Part shown: positions 36,640 through 46,404 of the stretch, piece after piece
Position numbering within the stretch: the stretch's first letter is position 1
How the letters are laid out: each line of letters begins with the position of its first letter
NCBI GenBank assembly: GCA_902586855.1
Contig: CACIIZ010000001.1
Span: forward strand, 54,326-118,325
Direction: 5' to 3'
Source: an uncultured Alphaproteobacteria bacterium
GTDB lineage: Bacteria; Pseudomonadota; Alphaproteobacteria; Rhodobacterales; Rhodobacteraceae
Length of the DNA stretch: 64,000 bases
Position numbers and translations under genes: made by a program
The notes under the pieces: model-generated
Seen by the model: the letters and a program-made list of their open reading frames with translations, nothing else
Told to the model about the DNA's origin: nothing
The model's database searches: none

Positions 36640-38784
36640 ATGCCAGAAAAAAAGTTAGTGCTTCTAGGGGGCGGTCATTCTCACATACTATTACTAAAAA
36701 AGTTAGGTATGCGGCCGGTAAGTGGGCTAATCACTTCGTTAGTCACACCCGATGCTACTATGATTTATACGGGAATGCTTCCTGGTTATATCATGGGTAA
36801 TTATGATCAGGATAATATTCAGGTAGATTTAGTTAAACTAGCAAACTATGCAAAATCAGCAATTATTTTTGACTCGGTTAAGAGCCTTAATTTATTAGAG
36901 AAAAGCTTGGGTCTAGAAGAACGAGGTCCCTTAAGTTTTGATATTCTTTCCATAGATATTGGGATAAATTACAGCCTACCTAAGATTAAAGGTTTTGCGA
37001 AATATGGTGTTCCTGTAAAACCATTCAAAGAGTTTTTGTCATCTTGGAAGACCTATCTAAATGGCTTGGAAAGTCGGAGTCATGTAGCTACCATTGCTTT
37101 AATAGGGGGGGGAGCTGCTGGGTGTGAATTGGCTTTAGCAATGAATATCAAGTTGAGAAACATAGGTTATGAGCCAATCATTACCCTAATTGATAGGGAA
37201 ATAATAGCTTCAAATCTGCCGTTGGGTGCACGAAAAAAGCTTGTCTCTTATTTGAAATTAAATAATATAATATTTAAGGAAAATTCCCAAATTTCACATA
37301 TATCTAATAAAAAAGTGCATTTTGTTAGTGGAGAAGAAATAGGATCTGATTTTATTGTAAGTACGGCTGGTGGACGGCCACATGCGTGGTTGGCTAATAC
37401 GAAACTCCGATTAGAAAACGGTTTTATTGAAACCTCCCAGAAGCTTCAGAGCATTTCACACAATTTTGTATTTGCTTCTGGGGATTGCGCAACTATTAAA
37501 AATTACCCACGACAAAAAGCTGGTGTTTTTGCGGTTCGAGCAGCACCTACCTTGTACAAAAATTTAGGGAAATATTTGAATTCTAAAGAATTGATAAATT
37601 TTACTCCGCAAAAAAGGTTTTTACAGGCGCTAACTCTTGAAAATAGAAATGCACTAGTTTTTAGGGGTGAAAACAGTATCAAAGGTTATATCCCTTGGGT
37701 TTATAAGGATTTTGTTGACAGATCCTTTGTCAAAAAATTTTCCATTCGCGCGTCAATGAACTCAGATAATAGTAATTTACACTCTGAGGCCCAGCAGCCA
37801 CTTTGTGGGGCCTGTGGGGCAAAAGTTGGCAATAATGTTTTAGAGAGAGTTCTAAGAAAGTTGCCTACTAGTGCGCCTGGAATGATTAATAAGATTGGAG
37901 ATGATGCCGCTATACTAAAAATGGATGGATCTCTGAAGGTTCTAACCACTGACCATCTGAGAAAGTTTTGTGAAGATCCATGGAAAATGGCAAGAATAAC
38001 AGCAATTCATTCCCTAGGTGACATATGGGCAATGGGAGCTGAGCCAGAGTCAGTACTGAGTCACATCACCATTCCTGAGGGTTCAACAGTATTTCAGGAA
38101 ACTTATCTTACAGAGATTATGGATGCTGCAAACGAAGTCTTTCTAACGGAGGGAGCTAGCATTGTTGGTGGGCACACTACCAAGGGTATTGAATTGGTAA
38201 TTGGTTTTACAATTTTAGGAAGTGTCACTACTAGGCCGGTAAGTACGAACGAAGCTTTACCCTCTGACAAAGTTATTTTAACGAAACCAATTGGCGTTGG
38301 AACTATATTAGCTGGTGAGATGCAAGGTTTATCGAGAGGAGTATGGATCAAAAGGGCGCATGATTGGATGATGTTGTCTCAGGGGAAGATAGCTAAAATT
38401 ATTAGGGAAAAGGCAACAGCAATGACTGATATTACGGGATTTGGTCTCGCTGGTCATCTAATGAAAATTTGTCAAGATTCAAATCTTGCAGCGAGATTGT
38501 ATATTGATGAATTACCCATATTGGAAGGAGCAGTAGAACTAACTGAGCTAGGTGTAAGGTCAACTCTTTTTGAGGAAAATCGGGATAATAACCCAGGGGT
38601 CAAATTTTCGACTGCACAATCCAAATGGCCACTACTTTTCGACCCACAAACTTCTGGTGGTTTGTTAGCATCCATCCCAGAGAAAGATGTCAAAGCTGTT
38701 TTGAGTAAACTAAAAAATCAGGGTTTTTCCTGTGCAATTGTGGGGGAACTTATATCTGGGAAACCAGGCATCGAAGCTGTTTAA
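36640..38784 (+). CDS. selD: fusion protein: FAD/NAD(P)-dependent pyridine-nucleotide-disulfide-type oxidoreductase (N) + selenide, water dikinase SelD (C)
   Basis: 714 aa. The N-terminal ~370 aa carry two Rossmann motifs (LVLLGGGHSH; IALIGGGAAGCELA). The C-terminal ~340 aa are a PurM/AIRS-fold SelD with the active-site loop PLCGACGAKVG (Cys-Gly-Ala-Lys in place of my recollection of E. coli Cys17...Lys20) and the GDDAAIL motif. Confidence 0.85.
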   Translation: MPEKKLVLLGGGHSHILLLKKLGMRPVSGLITSLVTPDATMIYTGMLPGYIMGNYDQDNIQVDLVKLANYAKSAIIFDSVKSLNLLEKSLGLEERGPLSFDILSIDIGINYSLPKIKGFAKYGVPVKPFKEFLSSWKTYLNGLESRSHVATIALIGGGAAGCELALAMNIKLRNIGYEPIITLIDREIIASNLPLGARKKLVSYLKLNNIIFKENSQISHISNKKVHFVSGEEIGSDFIVSTAGGRPHAWLANTKLRLENGFIETSQKLQSISHNFVFASGDCATIKNYPRQKAGVFAVRAAPTLYKNLGKYLNSKELINFTPQKRFLQALTLENRNALVFRGENSIKGYIPWVYKDFVDRSFVKKFSIRASMNSDNSNLHSEAQQPLCGACGAKVGNNVLERVLRKLPTSAPGMINKIGDDAAILKMDGSLKVLTTDHLRKFCEDPWKMARITAIHSLGDIWAMGAEPESVLSHITIPEGSTVFQETYLTEIMDAANEVFLTEGASIVGGHTTKGIELVIGFTILGSVTTRPVSTNEALPSDKVILTKPIGVGTILAGEMQGLSRGVWIKRAHDWMMLSQGKIAKIIREKATAMTDITGFGLAGHLMKICQDSNLAARLYIDELPILEGAVELTELGVRSTLFEENRDNNPGVKFSTAQSKWPLLFDPQTSGGLLASIPEKDVKAVLSKLKNQGFSCAIVGELISGKPGIEAV

Positions 38785-38791
38785 TTTCTTT

Positions 38792-39838
38792 CTATAAATT
38801 ATTGTCCAAAATGTTTGATGCTACCTCACTAACGCTCTTTTTGCTGCAGGGATCAATTTTAATTTCATGAATTTCGCCTGGGGACCTCTGTGTTTTAGAG
38901 TTTTTATATCTAGGATCATAATGATTTTTCATTAGGGATTTTGCGAGCAGATGAAATTGGTTTTTCTGGACAAATTCTTTCCACGTTGTAATTTGTTTTT
39001 TGCTATGAAAATTGCTCAAAAGGGAAATTTTTTTTTGCAGTATCTTTGGATGCTCATATAAATCTGGATATTCCCGTACAAGAAATTCAGCCCGATCCCT
39101 AATTGTTGAAACTAATTCTAAACGGGGAGCTGTTGTCATTTTTTTCCACAGACTAGGTGGTATTTTTAAAATGCCAATTTTGCTCGATTCTGCCTCTAAG
39201 AAAACTGAGGTTTTTTCGGAAAAAGTTTCTAGTATTGCTGCTATTTTGCTTTCGAATTCTTTTTGCGATGGCTGGCCCAATGATCGTGACCCAAAAATTG
39301 AACCTCTATGATTGGCCAGTTCTTCAAGGTCAATAACCTGTCCTCCCAGGTCATCAATTTTTTTTAAGACAGCGGTTTTTCCAGTTCCAGTATTGCCAGA
39401 GATCACTACCATTTTATGGTTGATTCGTTTTTGGTAAAGTCTCGTCACTACCAATTTTCTGTAAGATTTGTATCCTCCTGCTAGGATATGTATTCTCCAA
39501 CCTATTTCAGATAGGACTACACCTAGAGATCGGGATCTTTGCCCGCCTCTCCAGCAATATATTAGTGCTTTCCATTGGTTCCCTTTCTCAGCCAAGATCC
39601 CACTTAGATGCTTACTAATATTATCAGCTACAAATTTTGCACCAATTTTCTTGGCTTCAAACTTGCTTTCTTGCTTGTAAATTTTTCCTACAACTTCACG
39701 TTCATGGTCTGACAAAACGGGTAGATTAACTGCGCCAGGAATATGATCTTCGGTGTACTCGCTTGGAGACCTAACATCAATAATCGTGTCGAATCTCTCA
39801 ACCGTTGTATTAGCAATGCTGAAATTTTCTATCTTCAT
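38792..39838 (-). CDS. selU: tRNA 2-selenouridine synthase (rhodanese + P-loop)
   Basis: 348 aa with the rhodanese active-site loop YCWRGGQRS and P-loop SGNTGTGKT. Convergent with selD and 7 nt away. Confidence 0.85.
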   Translation of the reverse strand: MKIENFSIANTTVERFDTIIDVRSPSEYTEDHIPGAVNLPVLSDHEREVVGKIYKQESKFEAKKIGAKFVADNISKHLSGILAEKGNQWKALIYCWRGGQRSRSLGVVLSEIGWRIHILAGGYKSYRKLVVTRLYQKRINHKMVVISGNTGTGKTAVLKKIDDLGGQVIDLEELANHRGSIFGSRSLGQPSQKEFESKIAAILETFSEKTSVFLEAESSKIGILKIPPSLWKKMTTAPRLELVSTIRDRAEFLVREYPDLYEHPKILQKKISLLSNFHSKKQITTWKEFVQKNQFHLLAKSLMKNHYDPRYKNSKTQRSPGEIHEIKIDPCSKKSVSEVASNILDNNL

Positions 39839-39908
39839 TTAAATATCGTTAAAAAAGATGTTCTAGATTATGTAATTTTAATATGAGACTTATACTAGGA
39901 TTCGGACA

Positions 39909-40679
39909 ATGATTGAAAGTAAAAGAATTATGGGATTAAAAGGTAAGGTGGTCTTTATTTCTGGTGCTAGATCGGGCATCGGTCTTGCTACGGCCAGACT
40001 TTTTGCTAGTTCTGGAGCCAGTGTGGTTCTAGGTTGTCGTCGAAAAGGAGACTGTAAAGAAGTGATCAGAGGCATCAGATCCAAGGGAGGATCTGCCAAA
40101 GAAGTCCATTGTGATATTTCAGATCTGTCAAGTTTGCCACAACTAGCTAAGAATATTATGTCTGCTTGGGGGCGTTTGGATATAATGGTAAATAATGCCG
40201 CTACCATTACTCCAATGGCTCCCATCCCTCGGATAGATGTGGGGGAATTAGACAATTCTATAAGGATTAACGTAACGGCACATCTAGCTTTGATTTCTAA
40301 ATTTTGGAAGGAACTATCTGATAATAAAGGTTATGTGATAAATATCTTATCCGGTGCCTCAAAAACTCCACGTTATGGTTGGACTGCATACTGTCTTAGT
40401 AAAGCAGCCTTACATATGGTAACCAAACAGGTTTGTTTGGAAGGCGAGGAGATCGGCATTAAGAGTTTTGGTTTTGCACCTGGCTTTGTAAAAACAAAAA
40501 TGCAAAATGAAATTCGAGGCTCAAGGATAAATGAGATCGCTTTTTTGCCTGAGTCAGATATGATTAGTCCTGAGAAACCAGCAAGATGTATTCTTCTCTT
40601 GGCATCTGGTAGATATGATAAGTTTAATGGGAAATTTCTGGATATTAGAGATGAATTATTCAAAGATAGGCATGACTGA
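39909..40679 (+). CDS. SDR-family oxidoreductase
   Basis: 256 aa with ISGARSGIG (TGxxxGxG), NNAA and YCLSKAAL (YxxxK). An alternative start lies at 39930. Confidence 0.85.
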   Translation: MIESKRIMGLKGKVVFISGARSGIGLATARLFASSGASVVLGCRRKGDCKEVIRGIRSKGGSAKEVHCDISDLSSLPQLAKNIMSAWGRLDIMVNNAATITPMAPIPRIDVGELDNSIRINVTAHLALISKFWKELSDNKGYVINILSGASKTPRYGWTAYCLSKAALHMVTKQVCLEGEEIGIKSFGFAPGFVKTKMQNEIRGSRINEIAFLPESDMISPEKPARCILLLASGRYDKFNGKFLDIRDELFKDRHD

Positions 40680-40714
40680 AATTCTTAGATGAAAATTAAT
40701 GATTGGAAAAACTA

Positions 40715-41731
40715 ATGAATATAAAGAGAGTGGTGCTTGCAGAAAGACCAAAGGGAGAACCTACGATTGACAATTTTCGTTTTGAAGAAATCGATATCCC
40801 AAGATTACAGAACGGGGAGTTATTACTAAAGGTAAGATGGTTGTCCTTGGATCCCTATATGCGAGGCAGAATGGATGGAGCTCAATCTTATGCCGCCCCG
40901 GTCTCCATTGGGGAGCCAATGCAGGGTGAGTGTGTCGCCGAAGTTATCGATTCACGAAACCAAAAATTTACTACTGGTGAACTTGTGACTGGAAGGTTTG
41001 GATGGGTATCCCACGCAATATCCAATGGTGAAGAGTTAAGAAAAATTCCCAAATCTAATGTCCCTGAGCAAACAGCATTGGGTGTTTTGGGGATGCCTGG
41101 TCATACAGCCTGGGTCGGCTTGAACAAAATAGCAAAGGCTTTGTCCGGGGAAACAATAATTGTGTCAGCTGCCTCTGGCGCCGTTGGTAGTTTGGTAGGG
41201 CAGTTAGCGAAGAAAAAAGGCCTAAGAGTTATTGGAGTTGTTGGTAGCCAACAAAAGCATACTTATGTGATCGAGGAATTAGCATATGACGGTTGTATTA
41301 ACCACAACACAGTTTCTTCTGTAGGAGATTTCAGAGAGCTAGTTGCTTCGCATTGCCCGGAAGGAGTAGATGTCTATTTCGAAAATGTTGCAGGTATCAC
41401 TCTTGAAGCAGTCTTGCCTAACATGAATGATTTTGGACGAATAGCAGTCTGTGGTATGATTTCTTGGTATTCAGGACAGGGTTTGCAGAATGCGATGGCC
41501 TTCCCAAAATTCTGGAGAATGGTCCTAGTCAAAAGACTCAGAGCTAATGGTTTCATTATTTTTGATCATAAAGAATCGTTTCCAGAGTTTTGGAAAGAGG
41601 TTAGTCCACTTATTGAGAGTGGTGAGATAAAATATAAGGAAGATATTAGAAAAGGACTGGAAAGCGCACCTGACTCTTTTCTAGAGCTTTTAAAAGGAGG
41701 TAATTTTGGGAAAATGCTAGTGGAATTATGA
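40715..41731 (+). CDS. NADP-dependent oxidoreductase, MDR superfamily (YncB/CurA / alkenal-one reductase type)
   Basis: About 338 aa from the ATG at 40715 (the track TTG at 40703 is also possible). Cofactor motif AASGAVGSLVGQLAK. Confidence 0.85.
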   Translation: MNIKRVVLAERPKGEPTIDNFRFEEIDIPRLQNGELLLKVRWLSLDPYMRGRMDGAQSYAAPVSIGEPMQGECVAEVIDSRNQKFTTGELVTGRFGWVSHAISNGEELRKIPKSNVPEQTALGVLGMPGHTAWVGLNKIAKALSGETIIVSAASGAVGSLVGQLAKKKGLRVIGVVGSQQKHTYVIEELAYDGCINHNTVSSVGDFRELVASHCPEGVDVYFENVAGITLEAVLPNMNDFGRIAVCGMISWYSGQGLQNAMAFPKFWRMVLVKRLRANGFIIFDHKESFPEFWKEVSPLIESGEIKYKEDIRKGLESAPDSFLELLKGGNFGKMLVEL

Positions 41732-41743
41732 TATCTAATTAAA

Positions 41744-42781
41744 TTAAGCAAACTCAGGCATTACTTCTTCAATAAAAAGTTTGAGAGATTTTCGTTGCTC
41801 TTCTTGACCTAAGCCCATACTAGCATAATAGATGAATTCATCCACACCTAGACTTTCATAATCCTTTAATTTTTTAATAACTTCCTCAGGACTGCCAAAA
41901 AGTAGATTTTGGGCAAGCGTTTCTGGGTTATATTGATCTCTTCCTGCAAGTTCATTAAGTGGGATTTGCTTCGTAAATCCATTTTGAACATCACCAAGGT
42001 TTTTGAAAAGGTTCTCGAATTGTCCAAGAACTAACCGTATGGCCTTTAAGGCTTTTTCTTTGTCTTCTTCATTTGTATAAACGGCTGCATGTCTCATCAT
42101 TGCGAAGATGGGTCTAAAGTTTGATTGATTCGACTCAATCGCTTCTTCTAGTTGTTTTTTATAAAGTTCTGCCTCCGAAAATGGTCTGGTCAAGGGCCAT
42201 GACATGATGTTGCACTCGTTCTTGATAGCATAATCAAAGGTGATTGGTGATCTGGCCGCTACCCAGATCGGAGGATGCGGTTTTTGTATTGGTTTCGGAC
42301 AAGATGTGGATGCTGGAAATTGCCAATACTCACCATTATGCTCCACATCCCCTGACCATAACTGCTTTAACAAAGGTAGCATTTCTTGCATATACCTCCA
42401 GCCATCTTTCTGCTTCAAGCCTGGCTTCATCCGATCAAACTCTCGTTGATAGGCACCGGAACCAATTCCAAATTCCAACCTCCCTCCGCTAATTAGGTCT
42501 GTGAATGCAGCTTCCCCTGCCAAGTTAATAGGATGCCAATAAGCAGCATTAACCACTGCCGTTCCCAATCTTATTTTTTCTGTATGATTTGCCCACCAAG
42601 TCAATATTTGGAAAGGATTGGGTGCTATTGTCATTTCGATAGCATGATGTTCTGCAGCCCAAACGATGTTGAAGTTCCCCTGGTCAGCCATTGTTACCAT
42701 ATCGAGAGTATGTCTTTTTACGCTCTCCATATCAGTAGATGTGTCCATGCGTTCTAAATTGACAGCTAATTGAAACTTCAT
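41744..42781 (-). CDS. LLM-class (luciferase-like) flavin-dependent monooxygenase
   Basis: 345 aa, MKFQLAVNLE..., with typical LLM TIM-barrel sequence (AEHH, GRLEFGIGSG). GAGGAT SD. Last gene of the minus-strand operon. Confidence 0.85.
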   Translation of the reverse strand: MKFQLAVNLERMDTSTDMESVKRHTLDMVTMADQGNFNIVWAAEHHAIEMTIAPNPFQILTWWANHTEKIRLGTAVVNAAYWHPINLAGEAAFTDLISGGRLEFGIGSGAYQREFDRMKPGLKQKDGWRYMQEMLPLLKQLWSGDVEHNGEYWQFPASTSCPKPIQKPHPPIWVAARSPITFDYAIKNECNIMSWPLTRPFSEAELYKKQLEEAIESNQSNFRPIFAMMRHAAVYTNEEDKEKALKAIRLVLGQFENLFKNLGDVQNGFTKQIPLNELAGRDQYNPETLAQNLLFGSPEEVIKKLKDYESLGVDEFIYYASMGLGQEEQRKSLKLFIEEVMPEFA

Positions 42782-42857
42782 TTGTTGTGATCCTCTAAAA
42801 TCTATACTTAATAATTTAATGGTACAGAATTCTCTCTCTTCTTAAAACTTTTTCCAC

Positions 42858-43460
42858 TTACACACCAGCTGGATTTTCCACATTTCTGCCTAGTTTTTTT
42901 AGGTCAGAATACCTGTCACCGATCCGATGATGGGGTCTACCACCTGTTGCTGCACCAAGTGCAGCAATCAATTCATCACCCGCTGGGGCATCTGGAATAG
43001 AAAATTGGACCGTCAGATAATGGGATCTCCGTCCGGTGTCGCTCTTGTCCATTAGTGGGATGTAAACTGGTGAGTTTGCTGGGCCTCGGGTATTAGTGAA
43101 GCCCAGATAAGATTTTGCTTGAACTGCCTCACGTAAAAAATTACCAAATTTCAGTGTGTGTATCAATGCCGAGGCATGCTCAATCTCAGAGTCTACGCCT
43201 GCCACGGCCGCCTTCCCATAGGCTTCTATCTCTGTGCCAGAACCTATTATCGAAATAAGCTTTTCTGTCAGAAGCTTTCCCAAAAAAGGAGAAATTCGAT
43301 TTATTTCAGGATATAGATCTTCCACAAAACCTTGCCCAATCCAAGGATTTTTTACGACTGCTGCAACACCTACTAACTTAAGTTCTTGGCTCGCTTGTTT
43401 TCCTCCTTCTACATTTATTATTTCTTCATATGCAATTATTTTTCTTATATCTGGTATCAT
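42858..43460 (-). CDS. amino-acid-synthesis (AA_synth, DUF-type) family protein of unknown biochemical function
   Basis: 200 aa with a GAGGGAG SD. The N-terminus IRKIIAYEEIINVEGGK and the overall size resemble the AA_synth family as I recall it; this needs HMM confirmation. Confidence 0.55.
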   Translation of the reverse strand: MIPDIRKIIAYEEIINVEGGKQASQELKLVGVAAVVKNPWIGQGFVEDLYPEINRISPFLGKLLTEKLISIIGSGTEIEAYGKAAVAGVDSEIEHASALIHTLKFGNFLREAVQAKSYLGFTNTRGPANSPVYIPLMDKSDTGRRSHYLTVQFSIPDAPAGDELIAALGAATGGRPHHRIGDRYSDLKKLGRNVENPAGV

Positions 43461-43486
43461 ATCGCTCCCTCTTATTTCTAGATAAG

Positions 43487-45577
43487 CTAAAAGACTTTTT
43501 TTACAGTGCCTTCCGTTTCATTTCCTTGATAAATTCCAAATCTCCCATGGTTATACTCTTCGCAATAGCGCTCAATCATTATTCTTTCTGCCAGATTTTT
43601 AATTTTGTGTAACGGTATCTTTTCTAGATTCAGGCTGACTGTTCTCTTATTACCTTTTCCTGAAAATTTCCCATGGTAGAAGATCATATGGGCATTGAGC
43701 TCTTGATCTTCATACACCGAATATAGGAAATCAAGATTAAATATTAGATTCAAGTCTTTTAGATGCTGTTTTAATCCACTTAGACTTTTGTTACTAGTTG
43801 GGGCTTTTGGCAATGACAAGGAGCCATTCTTATCCTTAATAAACAGAATGTGACGATCGCTTTCCAAGATCGCTCCGACTCCTGTATCACTTCCTTCATT
43901 AACCATTTTTACTAGAGAGTGCTCTAACCCTATAGAAAAATAATCACCACGAAAATAGCCAAGAGGATCACCAGATTGATGGAAAAACTCTTCAACATGA
44001 CCAATCATTACAGCGTGATCCCCTATTTCTTGGAAGTTAGTTTTTTGGCATACAAAGTTGGACAAGCACGAGTCCAATAGGGGTAGATTCCCTGTCCCCT
44101 TTTTCCATTTAGTTAAATCAAATTTGTCAGATCTTTGAGATGAGAATAATCCTGCTAAAGAACGCTGTTTTTTACTCAAAACATTGATTACAAAATGGTT
44201 GCTATTTCTAAAGATCTCAAAACTTTGAGCGGTCTTGGCGATGCAAACCAATAACATAGGCGGATCCAGAGAAACAGACGAAAAAGAATTTGCAGTGAAA
44301 CCTCTGGGGGTGCCATCATCTTGTGTTGTAGTCACAACTGTAACGCCCGTGGCAAAAGTTCCAAAGGCAGATCTAAGGTCATTTTTGCCTTCTTCAGTTA
44401 TTTGATTAAATTCATTTTTATAAAAGTCTTCTGCTTTTGTAAGTCCCAATTCTGGAGGATGAGAGAATTTAGGTTGAGGAAATCTACTAAAGTTAAGTGG
44501 ATTTCCCGCTATTCGCCATGGTCTAGATTCTGGATTTGCATGTTTAATTTCCTTTATCATTGATCTTTTGGCAACATGAGGGTCCTTAAATATATCTTTT
44601 GCTGAATTAAGAGTACCAAATGGTACTAATCCGCCTAAAAGAGATTTCAATTCTGATTTTGTTTTTGTCAAAGTCCAGCATCCCACTATTTCATTTAATG
44701 CTTGAGAGTTTTTTTGCCTGCTCGTAATTGAAGAGTATTTTGGATCAGAGGATAGCTCTGGTTTTTCCATTATTTCAGTTAAAATTTTCCAAAATGAATC
44801 ATCTACTATTCCTAGAGCTATAAAACCATCTCTGGCCTTGAAGATCCCAAAAGGTACTAGCAAAGGGTGTCCATTCCCTTCTGGCTTGGGGATAGAACCA
44901 TCCAGGTCGTGTTGATAAATTATTCTTTCGCAAAGACTGATTACGGCATCATACATTGCCAGATCTATGAATTGTCCCTTTCCCGATTTTTCCGACTCTC
45001 TTACTGCAGCTATGATACCAAAAGCCATCATAAGACCTGAGAATATATCTCCAACACCTGGCCCTACTTTTGTAGGAGTGCTTTGGCTGGGTCCTGTTAT
45101 ACTCATAAGTCCACCCATTGCTTGGGCGACGACATCGTAGGATGGCCAATCCATATAAGGGCTTTCCCCAGAAATTGGATTACCAAATCCACTTATGGCA
45201 GCATATACTAATTTTTTATTTACACCTTTTAGATTTTCATATCCCAATCCCATTTTTTCCATGACTCCAGGTCTGAAATTTTCAACCAAAATATCAGCTG
45301 TCTTGACAAGGTTTATGAGACTTTCTTTACCCTGAGGAGTTTTTAAGTCTAGCATTAAGCTTTTCTTGTTTCGATTGAGACTTACAAAATATCCAGACCA
45401 TTTCTTTTTCTTGTCTTCTTTTCTAAAAGGGCCGGTTCCTCTACTGGTATCACCGGAGGGGGGCTCAATTTTAATTACTTCTGCACCATGATCAGCTAAC
45501 ATCATTGTACAATAGGGACCTGAAAGCATTCGTGTTAAATCTAAAACCCGAAGGCCTGATAATAGTCCTTGAGTCAT
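43487..45577 (-). CDS. three-domain fusion: family III (CaiB/BaiF) CoA-transferase + flavin reductase (FMN-binding split barrel) + ~140-aa C-terminal domain of uncertain (Nudix-fold-like?) type
   Basis: About 696 aa from the ATG at 45577, which lies 1 nt after the upstream stop (TAGAATG). N-terminus: LRVLDLTRMLSGPYCTMMLADHGAEVIKIE. Middle: FGTFATGVTVVTT...PRGFTANSFSSVSLDPPMLLVCI. C-terminus: VGAILESDRHILFIKDKNGSLSLPK... Confidence 0.8.
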   Translation of the reverse strand: MTQGLLSGLRVLDLTRMLSGPYCTMMLADHGAEVIKIEPPSGDTSRGTGPFRKEDKKKKWSGYFVSLNRNKKSLMLDLKTPQGKESLINLVKTADILVENFRPGVMEKMGLGYENLKGVNKKLVYAAISGFGNPISGESPYMDWPSYDVVAQAMGGLMSITGPSQSTPTKVGPGVGDIFSGLMMAFGIIAAVRESEKSGKGQFIDLAMYDAVISLCERIIYQHDLDGSIPKPEGNGHPLLVPFGIFKARDGFIALGIVDDSFWKILTEIMEKPELSSDPKYSSITSRQKNSQALNEIVGCWTLTKTKSELKSLLGGLVPFGTLNSAKDIFKDPHVAKRSMIKEIKHANPESRPWRIAGNPLNFSRFPQPKFSHPPELGLTKAEDFYKNEFNQITEEGKNDLRSAFGTFATGVTVVTTTQDDGTPRGFTANSFSSVSLDPPMLLVCIAKTAQSFEIFRNSNHFVINVLSKKQRSLAGLFSSQRSDKFDLTKWKKGTGNLPLLDSCLSNFVCQKTNFQEIGDHAVMIGHVEEFFHQSGDPLGYFRGDYFSIGLEHSLVKMVNEGSDTGVGAILESDRHILFIKDKNGSLSLPKAPTSNKSLSGLKQHLKDLNLIFNLDFLYSVYEDQELNAHMIFYHGKFSGKGNKRTVSLNLEKIPLHKIKNLAERIMIERYCEEYNHGRFGIYQGNETEGTVKKVF

Positions 45578-45578
45578 T

Positions 45579-46397
45579 CTAGGTAGACCCAACTTTAATG
45601 AATTGTTGTAAAAACGGTTTGATGATAGATCCGAATTGATTTGGATCCTCCACCAATCCCATATGCTTTAAATTTCTCATAATTAAAAGCTGGCTCTGGT
45701 TGATTTCATTTGCTATCATTTTACTCATTTCCGGTCCATTGCCGTAATCTTGATCTGCTGTAACCACTAAAGTTGGACAGTTGATTGGTGGTTGAGGTTT
45801 TATAATCTCTTCTAAATCATAAGCCAAGATCTTATAGATTTTTGGGTATATATTAGGATCATTGGCAACAATCCATTTTCTAACTTTATTAATTATTCTA
45901 GGATTATCTTTTTCAAATTTTTCACTGAACCATCTAGTAATTGCATCTGACACAGTGGCTTTAGGTCCAAATCTTTGGGATAGTGTAACTCTGGCCTCTA
46001 TTGAGGATTGCTGCTCTTTGGTTCGAGAGTGGGGGGAGTTTATTATTATTAGACCTTCCACTAATTCAGGAAAATCCTGCGCAAATCGTCTGACTATCAT
46101 TCCGCCTAAGGAAAATCCTGCCAAGATTATTTGTTTGAAGTTACAGTAATCCATCAACTCCTTTATTTGCAAAGAAAACATTTTTAGGGAGGGGGTTTTT
46201 TCGGGTAAGATGCTTCCTCCATGTCCACAAAGATCGTAGGTCACTATGGTAAATTCTTCTTCTAGATTTTTGGGTAGCCATTGCCACATTTCCCTATTCA
46301 AACCTAGACCATGAACAAAAATAAGAATTTTTTGTGGAGACAATCCCCTTATTTCAAACTTGGTTCCTTTGGTAGTAATAGATGATATTTTTGTCAC
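45579..46397 (-). CDS. alpha/beta-fold hydrolase
   Basis: 272 aa with a GTG start and AGGTG SD. HGLGLN oxyanion region and nucleophile elbow GFSLGG. Confidence 0.8.
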   Translation of the reverse strand: MTKISSITTKGTKFEIRGLSPQKILIFVHGLGLNREMWQWLPKNLEEEFTIVTYDLCGHGGSILPEKTPSLKMFSLQIKELMDYCNFKQIILAGFSLGGMIVRRFAQDFPELVEGLIIINSPHSRTKEQQSSIEARVTLSQRFGPKATVSDAITRWFSEKFEKDNPRIINKVRKWIVANDPNIYPKIYKILAYDLEEIIKPQPPINCPTLVVTADQDYGNGPEMSKMIANEINQSQLLIMRNLKHMGLVEDPNQFGSIIKPFLQQFIKVGST

Positions 46398-46404
46398 TTC
46401 ACAC

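Noticed and set aside
39890-40255. 121-aa minus-strand ORF overlapping the SDR gene
   Set aside because: The plus-strand SDR has canonical TGxxxGxG and YxxxK motifs. The antisense frame has none.
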